From a virus (lineage: Duplodnaviria; Caudoviricetes), in the IMG/VR virus record IMGVR_UViG_3300021255_001866, positions 1 through 64,000 of that record: 64,000 nucleotides of DNA, one strand, 5' to 3'. Position 1 is the stretch's first letter, and each line of letters begins with the position of its first letter. The position numbers and the translations under genes were made by a program. Shown here one piece after another: positions 11,840-22,470 of the stretch. The notes under the pieces were generated by a model, which saw only the letters and a program-made list of their open reading frames with translations, searched no databases and was not told the origin of the DNA.

Positions 11840-12094
11840 TTACTCTTCGTCAGTCCCCTGAACAAAGTTAATACCGGCATCAGTCAGCTGAACATATGTA
11901 AGGGGCTTCTCTTCGCCTTCAACAGCGACCTTCTCACGATATGCAAGCTCATTCTTCACGAGGGAGTTCACACGGCCAGTAATGGACGCAATCTTCTCAC
12001 AACCAAGCGCAACGCGCATCTCTTCAGTGGTGGCACGACCGCCATGGGCCTGCAGATATTCAAGTGCTTCAAAAGTCTTCTCAGTAAGCTTCAT
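11840..12094 (-). CDS. small winged-helix DNA-binding protein
   Basis: ITGRVNSLVKNELA..YVQLTDAG pattern typical of winged HTH; has its own promoter-like sequence at about 12160-12200. Confidence 0.6.
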   Translation of the reverse strand: MKLTEKTFEALEYLQAHGGRATTEEMRVALGCEKIASITGRVNSLVKNELAYREKVAVEGEEKPLTYVQLTDAGINFVQGTDEE

Positions 12095-12203
12095 AATTTT
12101 TGTTTCTCCTTTTAATTAGAAAATATTTATTAGTTTTTTGAAAGATGTCTTTCTCAATCTTTCTGTATATATTATACTATAAAATTCTTCAAGTTTCAAA
12201 TTT

Positions 12204-14543
12204 TTACAGTGAAGAAATTCCTATAACATAATTTGTGGTGAGCTTTATAAGTTTTGTCCCTTGCGCGCCACGTGATAAAGTTGGAATATCAGTATATTTA
12301 ATACGTATTTGTGTCGTATTAGAGTTAATTAAAAGATCGCTTTGTGCGTTGAGTGGCATAAAATCACACATATCATCCGATTTTTGGATCTTTACGCCTT
12401 TAGTATTAGTACCAGTTACGTTAAATTCAGAAATAGACGTAATTTTTCCATATCCATCAGTCGAAATACTGAAGATTTCTTTTGTAGATTGCGGGATGAC
12501 ACGGCCGCCCACTACATAATCACCAGCATTAAGCTTCATACCAATAATACCACGGGTAACACGTCCAATAGGTTTGATTGGTTCTGTCAGTACCATAATG
12601 AATTGTCCGCTCTTAGACATAATACCGATTCTCTCATTTTCAACAAATAGAATTGATACTATTTCATCGTCATTATCTAATTTAAGTGCGAGCGCGCCTG
12701 TATTACGTTTCATATTATATTCAGAAAGTTTGGATTTTTTAATCAATCCATTCTTTGTGATGAATATAATAAATTTCGATACATTTTTAGGATTTAAACT
12801 GACTGCTGCTGTAAGAATTTCGTTGTTATTAGTAGAAAAATAGTTAGATAAATATTGCTTTTCTCCAATGTTAAACTCTCCCATCTTCATGTGATAGTAG
12901 TTTCCTTTATTGGTAAAAAACAAAATGGTTTCTGTGTTTTCACCAACTATATTATCTACCAAAATCTCATCTTTTTCAAGTTTTAACTTTGTTCCAATTC
13001 CATTACGGCGTTGAGAATAAAGGGAAGAAGTTTCTGTTACAAATACTGCGCCTTTGTTAGTGAATGAAAGCGAAAGTTGTTTCTTTTCTGTTGGTTCATC
13101 AGACTCATTTTCAACATTAAGAATTTGAGTACGACGCGCATCTCCAAATTTCTGTGCAATTTCACGCCAACCTTTTATAAGTTCTTGATTAAATAATTCT
13201 TCACTTTCAAGAATTGTTTTAATTCGTTCTGCTTCTTTCTGAAGCGTTTCTCTTTCATCTTCAAGTTTCTTTACTTCGAGATTTGCAAGACGAGACAATT
13301 TCATATCCAAAACTGCTTTTGCTTGCTCTGCATCTAACAAAAATCTTTTCTGTAATTCCGATGACGCGGCCGCAGTTGACGTAGAAGTTTTAATTATTTT
13401 AACTACTTCATCAATATTGGCGATACAAATCAATAGTCCATCGAGTATATGAATACGTTTTTCTATCTTTGCAAGATCAAATTCAAACCCACGTCGATAT
13501 ACTACTTTTTCATGGTTAATATGAGCTTGAAGAGCGGTTTTCCATCCGAATACTTTTGGATAACGACCATCATCAAGCATCGTCATATTAATCCCAAAAT
13601 AGCTTTGAAGTGATGTGTTTTTATAAAGGTACTTCAGCACACGATCTGGATTGGCTCTTTTAGTAAGATAAATCTTAATAAGTGGATCAACACCAGTAAG
13701 ATCATTAAAACGTTCAATACCTGGATTATTTAATTCATCATTGAGGATTTCTTCTAACTCTCCGCATATTGTGTTAGTATAGACGGAGTAAGGAATTTGA
13801 GATACAATAAAACATCTCTCGGTATTGTCCCATTCGACTACAGATCTAAGTTTGCACGCTGCCCCCTGACCGGTTTTAAGAGCTTCTTTGACTTCTCCTT
13901 CATTGAGAAGTAATGCGCCCGTTGCAAAATCAGGCGCACAGTAAATTTCATCGAATGTAGCGTCTGGATTAAGGAGTAAAACTTCTAACGCATGGTTTAC
14001 CTCTTTAATATTAAATTGTGGGATTGAACTGGCAAGACCAACTGCTATTCCCATTGATCCGTTGCAGATATTATAATATCCTTTAGTTGGTAATACTGAT
14101 GGATACTTTTCAGTATCATCGTAATTATCTCGCCATTCTTCAATTGTGTTTTTATCAATACCATCAAACATTTTTGCATTGATATGACTAAGGCGTGCGG
14201 CGGTATAACGTGGGGCAGCATAGTTACCAGAACACATCAAATTACCTTCATTGCCTTCTACTTCGATAAGAGGGTATCTAAGAGAAAATGGTTGCCCCGC
14301 CCTCATAATTACTCCCTCACAAGAACTATCGCCATGTATATACATACGAGCTGCACTACCAATGGCTTTTAATGTCTTTTTAAAAGGTTTATCTGGTAAA
14401 AATTTATCAGTATAAAGACAATAAAATATTTGTCTTGCTGATGGTTTTAATCCATCACGCACATCTATTAAAGCTCTAGATTGAGCAACTGCGGCCGAAT
14501 ACTGAGCAAACGATTCACTAATTATTTGTTTTAAATTACTCAT
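12204..14543 (-). CDS. gyrA: type IIA topoisomerase subunit A (GyrA-like) with C-terminal pinwheel repeats
   Basis: DGLKPSARQ, HGDSS, PRYT catalytic Tyr and repeated KGV/RG blades. Likely start is MSNLKQ at 14543. Confidence 0.92.
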   Translation of the reverse strand: MSNLKQIISESFAQYSAAVAQSRALIDVRDGLKPSARQIFYCLYTDKFLPDKPFKKTLKAIGSAARMYIHGDSSCEGVIMRAGQPFSLRYPLIEVEGNEGNLMCSGNYAAPRYTAARLSHINAKMFDGIDKNTIEEWRDNYDDTEKYPSVLPTKGYYNICNGSMGIAVGLASSIPQFNIKEVNHALEVLLLNPDATFDEIYCAPDFATGALLLNEGEVKEALKTGQGAACKLRSVVEWDNTERCFIVSQIPYSVYTNTICGELEEILNDELNNPGIERFNDLTGVDPLIKIYLTKRANPDRVLKYLYKNTSLQSYFGINMTMLDDGRYPKVFGWKTALQAHINHEKVVYRRGFEFDLAKIEKRIHILDGLLICIANIDEVVKIIKTSTSTAAASSELQKRFLLDAEQAKAVLDMKLSRLANLEVKKLEDERETLQKEAERIKTILESEELFNQELIKGWREIAQKFGDARRTQILNVENESDEPTEKKQLSLSFTNKGAVFVTETSSLYSQRRNGIGTKLKLEKDEILVDNIVGENTETILFFTNKGNYYHMKMGEFNIGEKQYLSNYFSTNNNEILTAAVSLNPKNVSKFIIFITKNGLIKKSKLSEYNMKRNTGALALKLDNDDEIVSILFVENERIGIMSKSGQFIMVLTEPIKPIGRVTRGIIGMKLNAGDYVVGGRVIPQSTKEIFSISTDGYGKITSISEFNVTGTNTKGVKIQKSDDMCDFMPLNAQSDLLINSNTTQIRIKYTDIPTLSRGAQGTKLIKLTTNYVIGISSL

Positions 14544-15240
14544 TAATCCACCTTTTTTCTTGTTTTTTATAAATTGGTACATTAGAATATTTAATTCCAA
14601 TTAATATTTGTTTAAATGATCCTAATGTATATTTATCTTTATAATCTTGCCATATTTGAGTTGCAGTTTCATTTACATATCTTTTTCTTATTTCTAATAC
14701 TTCTGAATCAGTTAATTTCGCAGATGGATGATTTTCTCCAGAACTAAAACGACTTCTATTTTTATGAAAATTTTTATTTTCTTCAGTATATACTTCTGGC
14801 ATTACATCTTTCCATCGAGAACCATCCCAAATATGATAGAAACCATCTTTTGTTATTTTATCAGAATATAATTGATATACTTCATCACGTTTTTCATGAT
14901 TATTATATGCTATACGAATTTGAATCACATCATCAATTGTTAATATTGGACGTCCATTATATTCATTCTATCCTCCTTTAGTCTAGTTATAACCATGATA
15001 GAAAGTATCATAATAATTAATCCAATATTTTTCTCTTTCAGCTAATTGTTCAACTGAGCATTCTTCAATTATTTCAAAAGAAAAATTATCTTTCCCATAT
15101 TCTTGAATAGCTTTATCTATTGATTGACAAATATATTTATTATTATTAAAATGTTCTATTTTTCGTCTTTCAATATTATTTGACTACCCAATATAAGATT
15201 GCTGAGTGAGTAAATTAGTAATTTTATATATTCCAATCAT
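14536..15240 (-). CDS. GIY-YIG homing-type endonuclease with C-terminal DNA-binding repeats (TAG=Gln)
   Basis: MIGIYKITN..YIG[TAG]SNNIERR..REKYWI..GYN[TAG]TKGG[TAG]; one 234-aa frame overlapping the gyrA start. Confidence 0.88.
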
Positions 15241-15341
15241 TATATCATCTCCTACTATTAAGTAGATGAGCGTGCCAAGTTATATAATAAATAGATAATT
15301 TTCATTTTATATGAATATTATATCATAAAAATAGAAAGATG

Positions 15342-15593
15342 TCAAAATTTAATCTGACATCTTTCCTTTCCTTCAAAATCATCTTCTGTGGTTAATTGTT
15401 TATTAAAACTTTGATGATTATATCGAAATTCTTCAAAATCAATTAAACAATTATTACATAGAGTAACTGATTCGCCAAACCACTATCCATTTACTTGAAT
15501 GGTTCCATTATTAGCTCCTTTTGTTGCCGGTATAAGAAAAGCTGGTTTATTATCTGTTTTTCTACCACATCTATCACATAATTTAATATACAT
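15342..15593 (-). CDS. small CxxC protein (one TAG=Gln)
   Basis: MYIKLCDRCG..LCNNC; follows a promoter-like repeat. Confidence 0.6.
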
Positions 15594-15657
15594 TTTATTT
15601 ATCCCTTTCTTCATCTTACATATATATATTATACCACAAAATTAAAGAGAAGTCAAA

Positions 15658-15822
15658 TTAAGACCTCTCTCCATAAGGGCAATGATAATGAAAAGGTTCC
15701 CAAGGTTCAATTTTTATACTTTCATATTCTGGTGTAATTTCTATATCAATTGCAATTTTCTTTTCTGCTACTACTTTAACAGATTCATTAAAAATTTCAC
15801 TTAAATAATTACTTATTTCCAT
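15658..15822 (-). CDS. small hypothetical protein
   Basis: MEISNYLSE..; start lies in the second copy of the 30-nt repeat. Confidence 0.5.
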   Translation of the reverse strand: MEISNYLSEIFNESVKVVAEKKIAIDIEITPEYESIKIEPWEPFHYHCPYGERS

Positions 15823-16058
15823 TATTCTCTAATCTCCGAAAAATCAATTTTAAAATTCTTCAATATAAGTATGAATAGGTATTTTTTCTTTAATATATTT
15901 TTCTACATTTTTTATCTATTTCATACCAATATTTATATGACAATTATCACAATGTAGATGCCAAGGAGTGCATCCCCACTCGTCAATAGTAATATACATT
16001 TTATTATGACAAGTGGGACATATAATTTTTTCCATTATTCTCTAATCTCCGAAAAATC
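15816..16058. repeat. 30-nt direct repeat (15816-15845 and 16029-16058)
   Basis: TTTCCATTATTCTCTAATCTCCGAAAAATC is present twice; it contains the gyrB 3' end, an RBS and an ATG. Confidence 0.9.
15850..16035 (-). CDS. small zinc-ribbon protein (one TAG=Gln)
   Basis: MEKIICPTC..HCDNC; bracketed by 30-nt direct repeats. Confidence 0.6.
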
Positions 16059-17894
16059 TATATGATTAAATATAAAATCACGCCGTGGCTCTACATCATT
16101 TCCCATTAATTCTTCCAACATCATCAAACTATTTGGATCTGGCTCAAGCACATCCATGCGTTGATATTCTGTTGTAAACATGGATTTATGTGCTTGCTCT
16201 ACGGAGAGAGCGCCGAGTCCTTTCGCACGTGTCACTTCACCTTTAAGTTTTCCACGTACTTTATTAAATTCTTCATCTGTGAAGTAGTAGCTTTCATTTT
16301 TTCCATTCTTCACAATATAGAGTGGAGAACGAAGCCAGCAAAGACGTTTTTCATTAAGAAATTCTGGTGCAAGATAGCGTAATGCGGCCATGATGAGCAG
16401 CCCTATGTGATATCCATCTGCATCTGCATCGGTACAGATTCCGATTCTGCCATAGCGCAGACGGGAACTGTTGTATTTCCCCGGCACAATATTCATCGCA
16501 CTTAACAGTAATTTAATCTCTTCATTCTGGAAAATCTTTTCTTCTGGATGCGCCAAGCAATTCAAAATCTTTCCACGGATAGCCAAGATTCCATAGTTTT
16601 TATAGTCGCGCGCCTTCGCAATACCGCCGGCCGCGGAATCACCTTCGACAATTAATAATGTAGCATTTTGTCCAAGAAATTCAGCATCTTTAAGTTTGTC
16701 TGATGCAAAGACTTTTTTCTTTTGATTCTTTTCAATGTCTTTTGTTGCATCAAGAACTTGTTTACGCGCACGTTCTGCGGCAGCTTCTGCTTTGGCAATC
16801 TTTTTCAAAAGTTCAACGATACTTTCAAACTCTTCAGTATATTTAACCTTCATTTGCTTTAGCGCGTTACTAAAACAATTTGATGCCATAGTACGAAGAT
16901 TTGTATTATTGATTTTTGATTTTGTCTGATTCGCAAATGAAGGTTGCGCGACTGAGCAATTAATTACATAGAATAATCCGCCACGAATTGCATCTCCGTC
17001 AAAATTTTGTTTTGAAAGCGAATTAAAAGTGCGAGTAATGGATGTTTTTGCACCAGTGATGGGGCTGCCGCCTTCTGGGCAAAGTAAACCATTTACAAAT
17101 ACATATGATTGTTCTTTTCCGCTTCCCCACTGAAATGCAATTTCAAGTTTGTCACCATTCGTATCAGTAATAGTATCATATATGATATGTTTATGAAGCG
17201 GCCTAGAATTATTATCTTTTACAAAATCAATAATACCATTTTTGGCACAATAAGTCTGTACTTCTTTAGTATCATCATTTGTTACTTGGAATATAATTCC
17301 ACTGTAAAGATAAGAAATATTTTTTATATCATCGCAAATTCTCTTAAATGAATAACCAATTTTACCATTTTTAAATACTTCGACATCAGGTTTAAAACGA
17401 ACATAAGTTCCATTTGGACTATTTGTTTCTCCTTCATGGTAAGAAATAAGCTCACCTTTTTCAAAATAAGCAGCGGCAAATTTCCCGTCACGATTGCTTT
17501 GAACTTCAAACTTTTCAGAAGATAGGCATACACATTTTGCGCCAATACCATTTAACCCTGATGCATTTTTGTACGCGCCTTCTTCAAATTTTCCTCCCGT
17601 ATGAGAGCGAGAATAAATAGATACTAATACGTTTTCACCATTTTCTCTCATTCCAAAAGGCACGCCGCGGCCATAGTCAATTACCGATACATAATTTTCT
17701 TTTTCACTTACGCTTATTTCAATTTTTTTACCGAATCCAGCGATAGCTTCATCAGTTGCATTATTTATGATTTCTTTAAAAGCTTGATATGTGCCTTCGA
17801 GGTCATCTGATCCAAGATACATTTGAATACGTGATCTTACGCCATCTTTAAAAGAAAGAGATTGAATTTCGTTTATTCCGTAATTTTCGTTCAT
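16035..17894 (-). CDS. gyrB: type IIA topoisomerase subunit B (GyrB-like)
   Basis: EIINNATDE, DYGRG, GLNGIG (GHKL); EGDSA and DADADG (TOPRIM); KGLG. Confidence 0.93.
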   Translation of the reverse strand: MNENYGINEIQSLSFKDGVRSRIQMYLGSDDLEGTYQAFKEIINNATDEAIAGFGKKIEISVSEKENYVSVIDYGRGVPFGMRENGENVLVSIYSRSHTGGKFEEGAYKNASGLNGIGAKCVCLSSEKFEVQSNRDGKFAAAYFEKGELISYHEGETNSPNGTYVRFKPDVEVFKNGKIGYSFKRICDDIKNISYLYSGIIFQVTNDDTKEVQTYCAKNGIIDFVKDNNSRPLHKHIIYDTITDTNGDKLEIAFQWGSGKEQSYVFVNGLLCPEGGSPITGAKTSITRTFNSLSKQNFDGDAIRGGLFYVINCSVAQPSFANQTKSKINNTNLRTMASNCFSNALKQMKVKYTEEFESIVELLKKIAKAEAAAERARKQVLDATKDIEKNQKKKVFASDKLKDAEFLGQNATLLIVEGDSAAGGIAKARDYKNYGILAIRGKILNCLAHPEEKIFQNEEIKLLLSAMNIVPGKYNSSRLRYGRIGICTDADADGYHIGLLIMAALRYLAPEFLNEKRLCWLRSPLYIVKNGKNESYYFTDEEFNKVRGKLKGEVTRAKGLGALSVEQAHKSMFTTEYQRMDVLEPDPNSLMMLEELMGNDVEPRRDFIFNHIDFSEIRE

Positions 17895-18136
17895 TTATAA
17901 CCTCTATAATTAAATAATTGTATACTATGCATATTTTGAATAATAAATTGAGTCTGTCTCATTTGAGATAAATTTATTTCTTTTTGTTTTAATATATTTT
18001 GAAGTCTTATTAATTCTTCATCTTCATCTTCATCTATATAATTTATAAGAGTTGTTCCACAATATGGACAAGTTTCAGATGTAATTGGAGCACCGCAATT
18101 AGGACAATTTAATCTATTCTCAATCTACACTTTCAT
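17891..18136 (-). CDS. zinc-ribbon protein (TAG=Gln at codon 4)
   Basis: MKV[TAG]IENRLNCPNCGAPITSETCPYCG; TGA overlaps the gyrB ATG. Confidence 0.7.
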
Positions 18137-18340
18137 ATAATTTCTCCTTTCATTATATATAAATATTATACCATAAAATTATCGAGAAGTCAAATTCAAC
18201 TTCTCGATACCTTATTATAATTATATAAATATTCTTTACGATAGTTTTATCGTATCATAAATTTATTTATATTTCAAATTTTATTCAATTTTAGAAATTT
18301 GAATAATATTTAATTTTATGGTATTATAAAAGAAAAGGAA

Positions 18341-18877
18341 GTGAGAAAAATGTTTAAAGTAAAGAAAATTAGAACTGGAGAAATATGTCAAGTTTTAGGG
18401 ACATACTGCGATGAATATGGAAAAGGCTGGTTTTTATTTTGGGTTGGAGACAAATGGTGTTGGCGGCCGGCCGCTGATTACGTACCACCTAATTATGTGC
18501 CGCAAATTAAGTTGATAGTTGCTGGTAGTCGAGATTTCAATAATTATCAATTACTTTCAAAAGAATTGGATCAATATAAAGGACGGCTTAAGGAAGTTGT
18601 ATCTGGCATGGCAAAAGGTGCAGATACGCTCGGCCGCAACTGGGCAATTACAAATAATATAAAAGTAGCCGAATTTCCGGCTGATTGGACTTTAGGAAAC
18701 TCGGCTGGATTTATTCGTAATCACCAAATGGGTGATTATGCTGACGAATTACTTGCTTTTTGGAATGGTACAAGTACTGGTACTCAAGAAATGATTGATT
18801 ATATGATTTCTTTGAGTAAACCAGTTACTGTAATTAAATATACTTCCGATAACTGTTTTGAACGTTTGATTTATTGA
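18341..18877 (+). CDS. SLOG/YspA-like (DUF2493-type) protein with an N-terminal extension
   Basis: LIVAGSRDF, VVSGMAKGADTLG, AGFIRN. Confidence 0.75.
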   Translation: MRKMFKVKKIRTGEICQVLGTYCDEYGKGWFLFWVGDKWCWRPAADYVPPNYVPQIKLIVAGSRDFNNYQLLSKELDQYKGRLKEVVSGMAKGADTLGRNWAITNNIKVAEFPADWTLGNSAGFIRNHQMGDYADELLAFWNGTSTGTQEMIDYMISLSKPVTVIKYTSDNCFERLIY

Positions 18878-18999
18878 TATATACATATATTATTGTAATG
18901 TTGATATTTCCATTATTTATTTCTATTAACTATTAAATTAAAACGGAAATTAAAATTTGACTTTTTTGGATTTTAGCGATATAATAGATATATAAAATA

Positions 19000-19065
19000 A
19001 AGGCGCAAACAGCAGATATAAAATGGTTATAATGAAGAGTCATTTAATAAAATATAGCGCGTCTT
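19000..19065 (+). ncRNA. stem+ACAGCA(G) RNA family member
   Basis: AAGGCGCA-AACAGCAG ... GCGCGTCTT closing stem directly after a promoter repeat. Confidence 0.5.
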
Positions 19066-19121
19066 GTAAATATAATATGTGGATAGGAACACATAAATAA
19101 ATATAAAAGGAGATATTTATT

Positions 19122-19403
19122 ATGAAGTATTATAGCGAAGTAACAAAGAAACTGTATGATAGTGAAGCCGATCTTAAAAAGGCAGAAGATGCAATTAATA
19201 ACAAAGCGGCCGCCCGCAAGAAAGATGCAGAAGCCGTAGAAGGTGCATACAAAGCATATCTTGATGCTAAGAAAAAGTACGAAGATGTGCTTACCGAGTT
19301 CTGTAAAAAGCATGGTGCATATCATAAGACAGTTTTCAATGCTGATGAACTGAAGGAAACTATGCCTGCAAGTCTTAGTCAGCTTATTGATCTGTTGTTC
19401 TAA
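19122..19403 (+). CDS. small helical hypothetical protein
   Basis: AGGAG RBS; 93 aa; followed by a hairpin terminator at about 19420-19445. Confidence 0.7.
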   Translation: MKYYSEVTKKLYDSEADLKKAEDAINNKAAARKKDAEAVEGAYKAYLDAKKKYEDVLTEFCKKHGAYHKTVFNADELKETMPASLSQLIDLLF

Positions 19404-19451
19404 TATTTAAACAATAGAAAGCCCAGAAGTGTGTACTTCTGGGTTATATTT

Positions 19452-19724
19452 TTAATATGCGATTTCAGTATAGCTCAGCATAATCCAGTTGCCGTTTTTT
19501 AATTTGCCCCAACCATTTGCTTCATCAACAATGTCGTAGTAGCCTTCATCTTGGATATATCCAGCAACTTCGGCTTGAAGATTAGGGGCTTTGCGCATAC
19601 GTAAACTTGGATGTATGACTTTAACACGATATTTCTTTGGTGTTTCTTGGATGGTTTCTGATTTAAGATCTATCGCTTCTGGTTCATCGATCGGCCGCGC
19701 TTTAAATAATTCATTAAAATCCAT
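19452..19724 (-). CDS. SH3b-like domain protein
   Basis: LRMRKAPN..GWGKLKNGNWIMLSY. Confidence 0.65.
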   Translation of the reverse strand: MDFNELFKARPIDEPEAIDLKSETIQETPKKYRVKVIHPSLRMRKAPNLQAEVAGYIQDEGYYDIVDEANGWGKLKNGNWIMLSYTEIAY

Positions 19725-19856
19725 AGAGTTTCCTCCTATATATATTACTCTCACCTTTTATATGTAGAAGTATAGAAGCGTAATTTCTAAAACTTGATTT
19801 CTCGTAGAATATATGGTATAATATAATAAAAGATAAAAATAGATAGGAGGCATATT

Positions 19857-20237
19857 ATGCCAGTAGATACAAATTTGAATACATTTGATTAGATTAATAC
19901 AACTGCTGCGCGATGGCTTGTGTGGAATTCTAAAGAACATAAGCAGCCACTTGGAATTAGAAAGTTTGACAGAAAAGATAAAACACATCTTTGGCTTTTA
20001 CGAATTATGAATGCTTTTAGTATTGCGGCAGGATATGAAGATTTTTATTTAGATTGTTCTTGGATTGACTTTCTTTATGTTAGGTATATAATAAAAATGA
20101 ATCATGTAAAGAAGATGAATGGAAAGGTTGATGTTTTTTTAATTGAACCAAAGCTGTTTGCAAAAGAAGTTTGTGGTTATTTTGTAAAAGAAGAAAAAAT
20201 TGTTGAAGATATTTATGATGAATATTGGAGTAAATAA
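19857..20237 (+). CDS. hypothetical protein (one TAG=Gln)
   Basis: AGGAGG RBS with ATG at 19857, in frame with the 19920 ORF. Confidence 0.6.
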
Positions 20238-20239
20238 AA

Positions 20240-21196
20240 ATGGTTGAAATAGGGATTCCGGTATATCAAGCAAGAGAGACTTTGCCATCTGCACTTGATT
20301 CATTAGTGAGTCAAACATATAAAAGATTTATTGTGTGTTTATCAATTGATGGTGATGATATTGATTATACTGATATAATTAATGAATATAGAAGGCGTGG
20401 ACTTAGAATTAGAATTATAAATGGCAAAACAAATGGTGGAGCTGGTATGGCGCGGCAAAGAATTTTGGACACAACTCAGTGTGATTATATAATGTTTCTT
20501 GATGCGGATGATATATTGATGCCGCGCGCGATAGAAACATTATATACTAATGCTAAGGCTGCTAATTATGATATACTCCAAGGTAGTTTTATTAGAGAAT
20601 CACAAACATCAAAAGATGTTATGATGGCATCTACGGATAATGTCATTACATGGTTTCATGGCAAGATATATAAAACGAAGTTTCTTTCTGAAAAAAATAT
20701 TCGTTTTCTTGAAGGATTGAGAATAGATGAAGATGCTTACTTTAATGCTGTTGCTTGGAATTCGACTGAAAACAAAGGCATCGCTGGTGAAGTAGTTTAT
20801 CTTTGGAGAGATAATAAGTCATCTATAACTCGCCGGCAGAATATGAAGGATTATTTTATTGCAACATATAATAATTATATCTACGGTCAAGTTGAAGCAT
20901 TAAAGAAGTTGTTTGAGATTAATGATTCTGTGAGCCAGCTACTTATTACTAATACATTGATAAATATATATTATTTCTATATGAAAGCCGTGTTTTATAA
21001 ATGTAATATGGCTGGTACGGATGCTGTTGTATCCAGTTTAAAGGAAGAAAAATGGATGCAGTTATGGCTTAACGAAGGCACTAACTGGATGGATATAATA
21101 AATAATATTAAAGCAGGACAAGTATATGATGACGAATATGTCGTGTTTTATGAAGAAACATTTAATTTGTGGGCCGCGCGCCTTTTGAAGGAGTAA
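20240..21196 (+). CDS. glycosyltransferase family 2 (GT-A fold)
   Basis: IGIPVYQ, GAGMARQ, FLDADD, EDAYF. Confidence 0.85.
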   Translation: MVEIGIPVYQARETLPSALDSLVSQTYKRFIVCLSIDGDDIDYTDIINEYRRRGLRIRIINGKTNGGAGMARQRILDTTQCDYIMFLDADDILMPRAIETLYTNAKAANYDILQGSFIRESQTSKDVMMASTDNVITWFHGKIYKTKFLSEKNIRFLEGLRIDEDAYFNAVAWNSTENKGIAGEVVYLWRDNKSSITRRQNMKDYFIATYNNYIYGQVEALKKLFEINDSVSQLLITNTLINIYYFYMKAVFYKCNMAGTDAVVSSLKEEKWMQLWLNEGTNWMDIINNIKAGQVYDDEYVVFYEETFNLWAARLLKE

Positions 21197-21197
21197 T

Positions 21198-21740
21198 ATG
21201 AAGAAAACTTATGGTTTAAGAATCGTGATAGTAAATGGTCGTCCTGGGAGTGGAAAAACGACATTTGAAGATAAATGTAATAAAATACTTGGTGTTGCAT
21301 ACTGCGAACGACGTTCAACTGTTGATAAAGTAAAGGAGATAGCGCGAAAGGCTGGCTGGGATGGTCGAAAGGATGAGAAAAGTCGCAAGATGTTGAGTGA
21401 TTTGAAAGATCTATTTACTGAATATAATGATATGCCTTTTAAAGATGTATGTGAATCTTTACAAGAATGGGAATATGAGATTCAATATTATAATGTTGGA
21501 GATCATCCTCATGTTTTCTTTATTGATGATAGAGAGCCAGAGCATATTGAGCGAATGAAGAAGGAGCTTGGGGCTATTACTGTACTTATACGGCGGCCGG
21601 GTGATGAAGATATAATTACTTCAAATCATGCTGATGAGAAAGTATTCCAATATGAGTATGATTATGAGATTCAGAATGATGGTAGTTTAGATGATTTGGA
21701 GATGCAAGCAAGAGTATTTTTAAATTCGATTTTTAGTTAA
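21198..21740 (+). CDS. P-loop nucleoside/nucleotide kinase (dNMP-kinase-like)
   Basis: NGRPGSGKTT, FIDDRE, NHADE, YDYEIQNDGSL. Confidence 0.75.
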   Translation: MKKTYGLRIVIVNGRPGSGKTTFEDKCNKILGVAYCERRSTVDKVKEIARKAGWDGRKDEKSRKMLSDLKDLFTEYNDMPFKDVCESLQEWEYEIQYYNVGDHPHVFFIDDREPEHIERMKKELGAITVLIRRPGDEDIITSNHADEKVFQYEYDYEIQNDGSLDDLEMQARVFLNSIFS

Positions 21741-21852
21741 TTTTATGATATAATGTATATATAAAATAAGATGAATCTATGAAGCATTAAAAGAATCATT
21801 GAAATATTATATTATTATTCCAAGAAAATTACTTATATATGAAGGTGATAAT

Positions 21853-22470
21853 ATGGGATATATTTATATAATAAAAAATGATATTAATGATAAAGTTTAT
21901 ATTGGCCAAACTTCAAGATCTATTGAAATTCGTTGGAAAGAACATGTTCGCCATCATGGTTAGTTAATAGATGATGTAATTCATAAATATGGAAAAGAAC
22001 ATTTTTATATAGATCAAGTTGAAGAATGCGCTGATGAAGAGTTAGATTTTCGTGAATAGTATTGGATAAATTATTATAATTCATTACAAAATGGATATAA
22101 TTTAACTAGTGGCGGGAAAGAGAATATAACTTATACAAATAATAAAGTATAGGAAGTTTTATCTTTATGGGAAGAAGGTTTAACAGTAAATCGTATTGTG
22201 CAAATTACAAAATTAAATGTTGAGACAGTACGTAATTATTTAAATAAAAATGGAATAGATCATTAGCAGATTAAAGATAGAGCCAATATTTTCATTGGTG
22301 CAGCAAAAGCTAAATAGATTGCATAGTATACGTCAGATGGAGATTTTATTTAGTTTTGGCCTTCTACCGCAGAAGCTGTACGAAATGGTTATACAAAATC
22401 TAGTATATAGCGTAGTTTAAAAGATGGCTTGCCACATAGTGGATATATATGGAAAGGAGTTAATGAATGA
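21853..22470 (+). CDS. GIY-YIG endonuclease with NUMOD1-like C-terminus (TAG=Gln)
   Basis: GYIYII..YIGQT..RE[TAG]YWI..GYNLTSGG..IA[TAG]YTSDGDFI[TAG]FWPS; TGA overlaps the ligase ATG. Confidence 0.85.
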
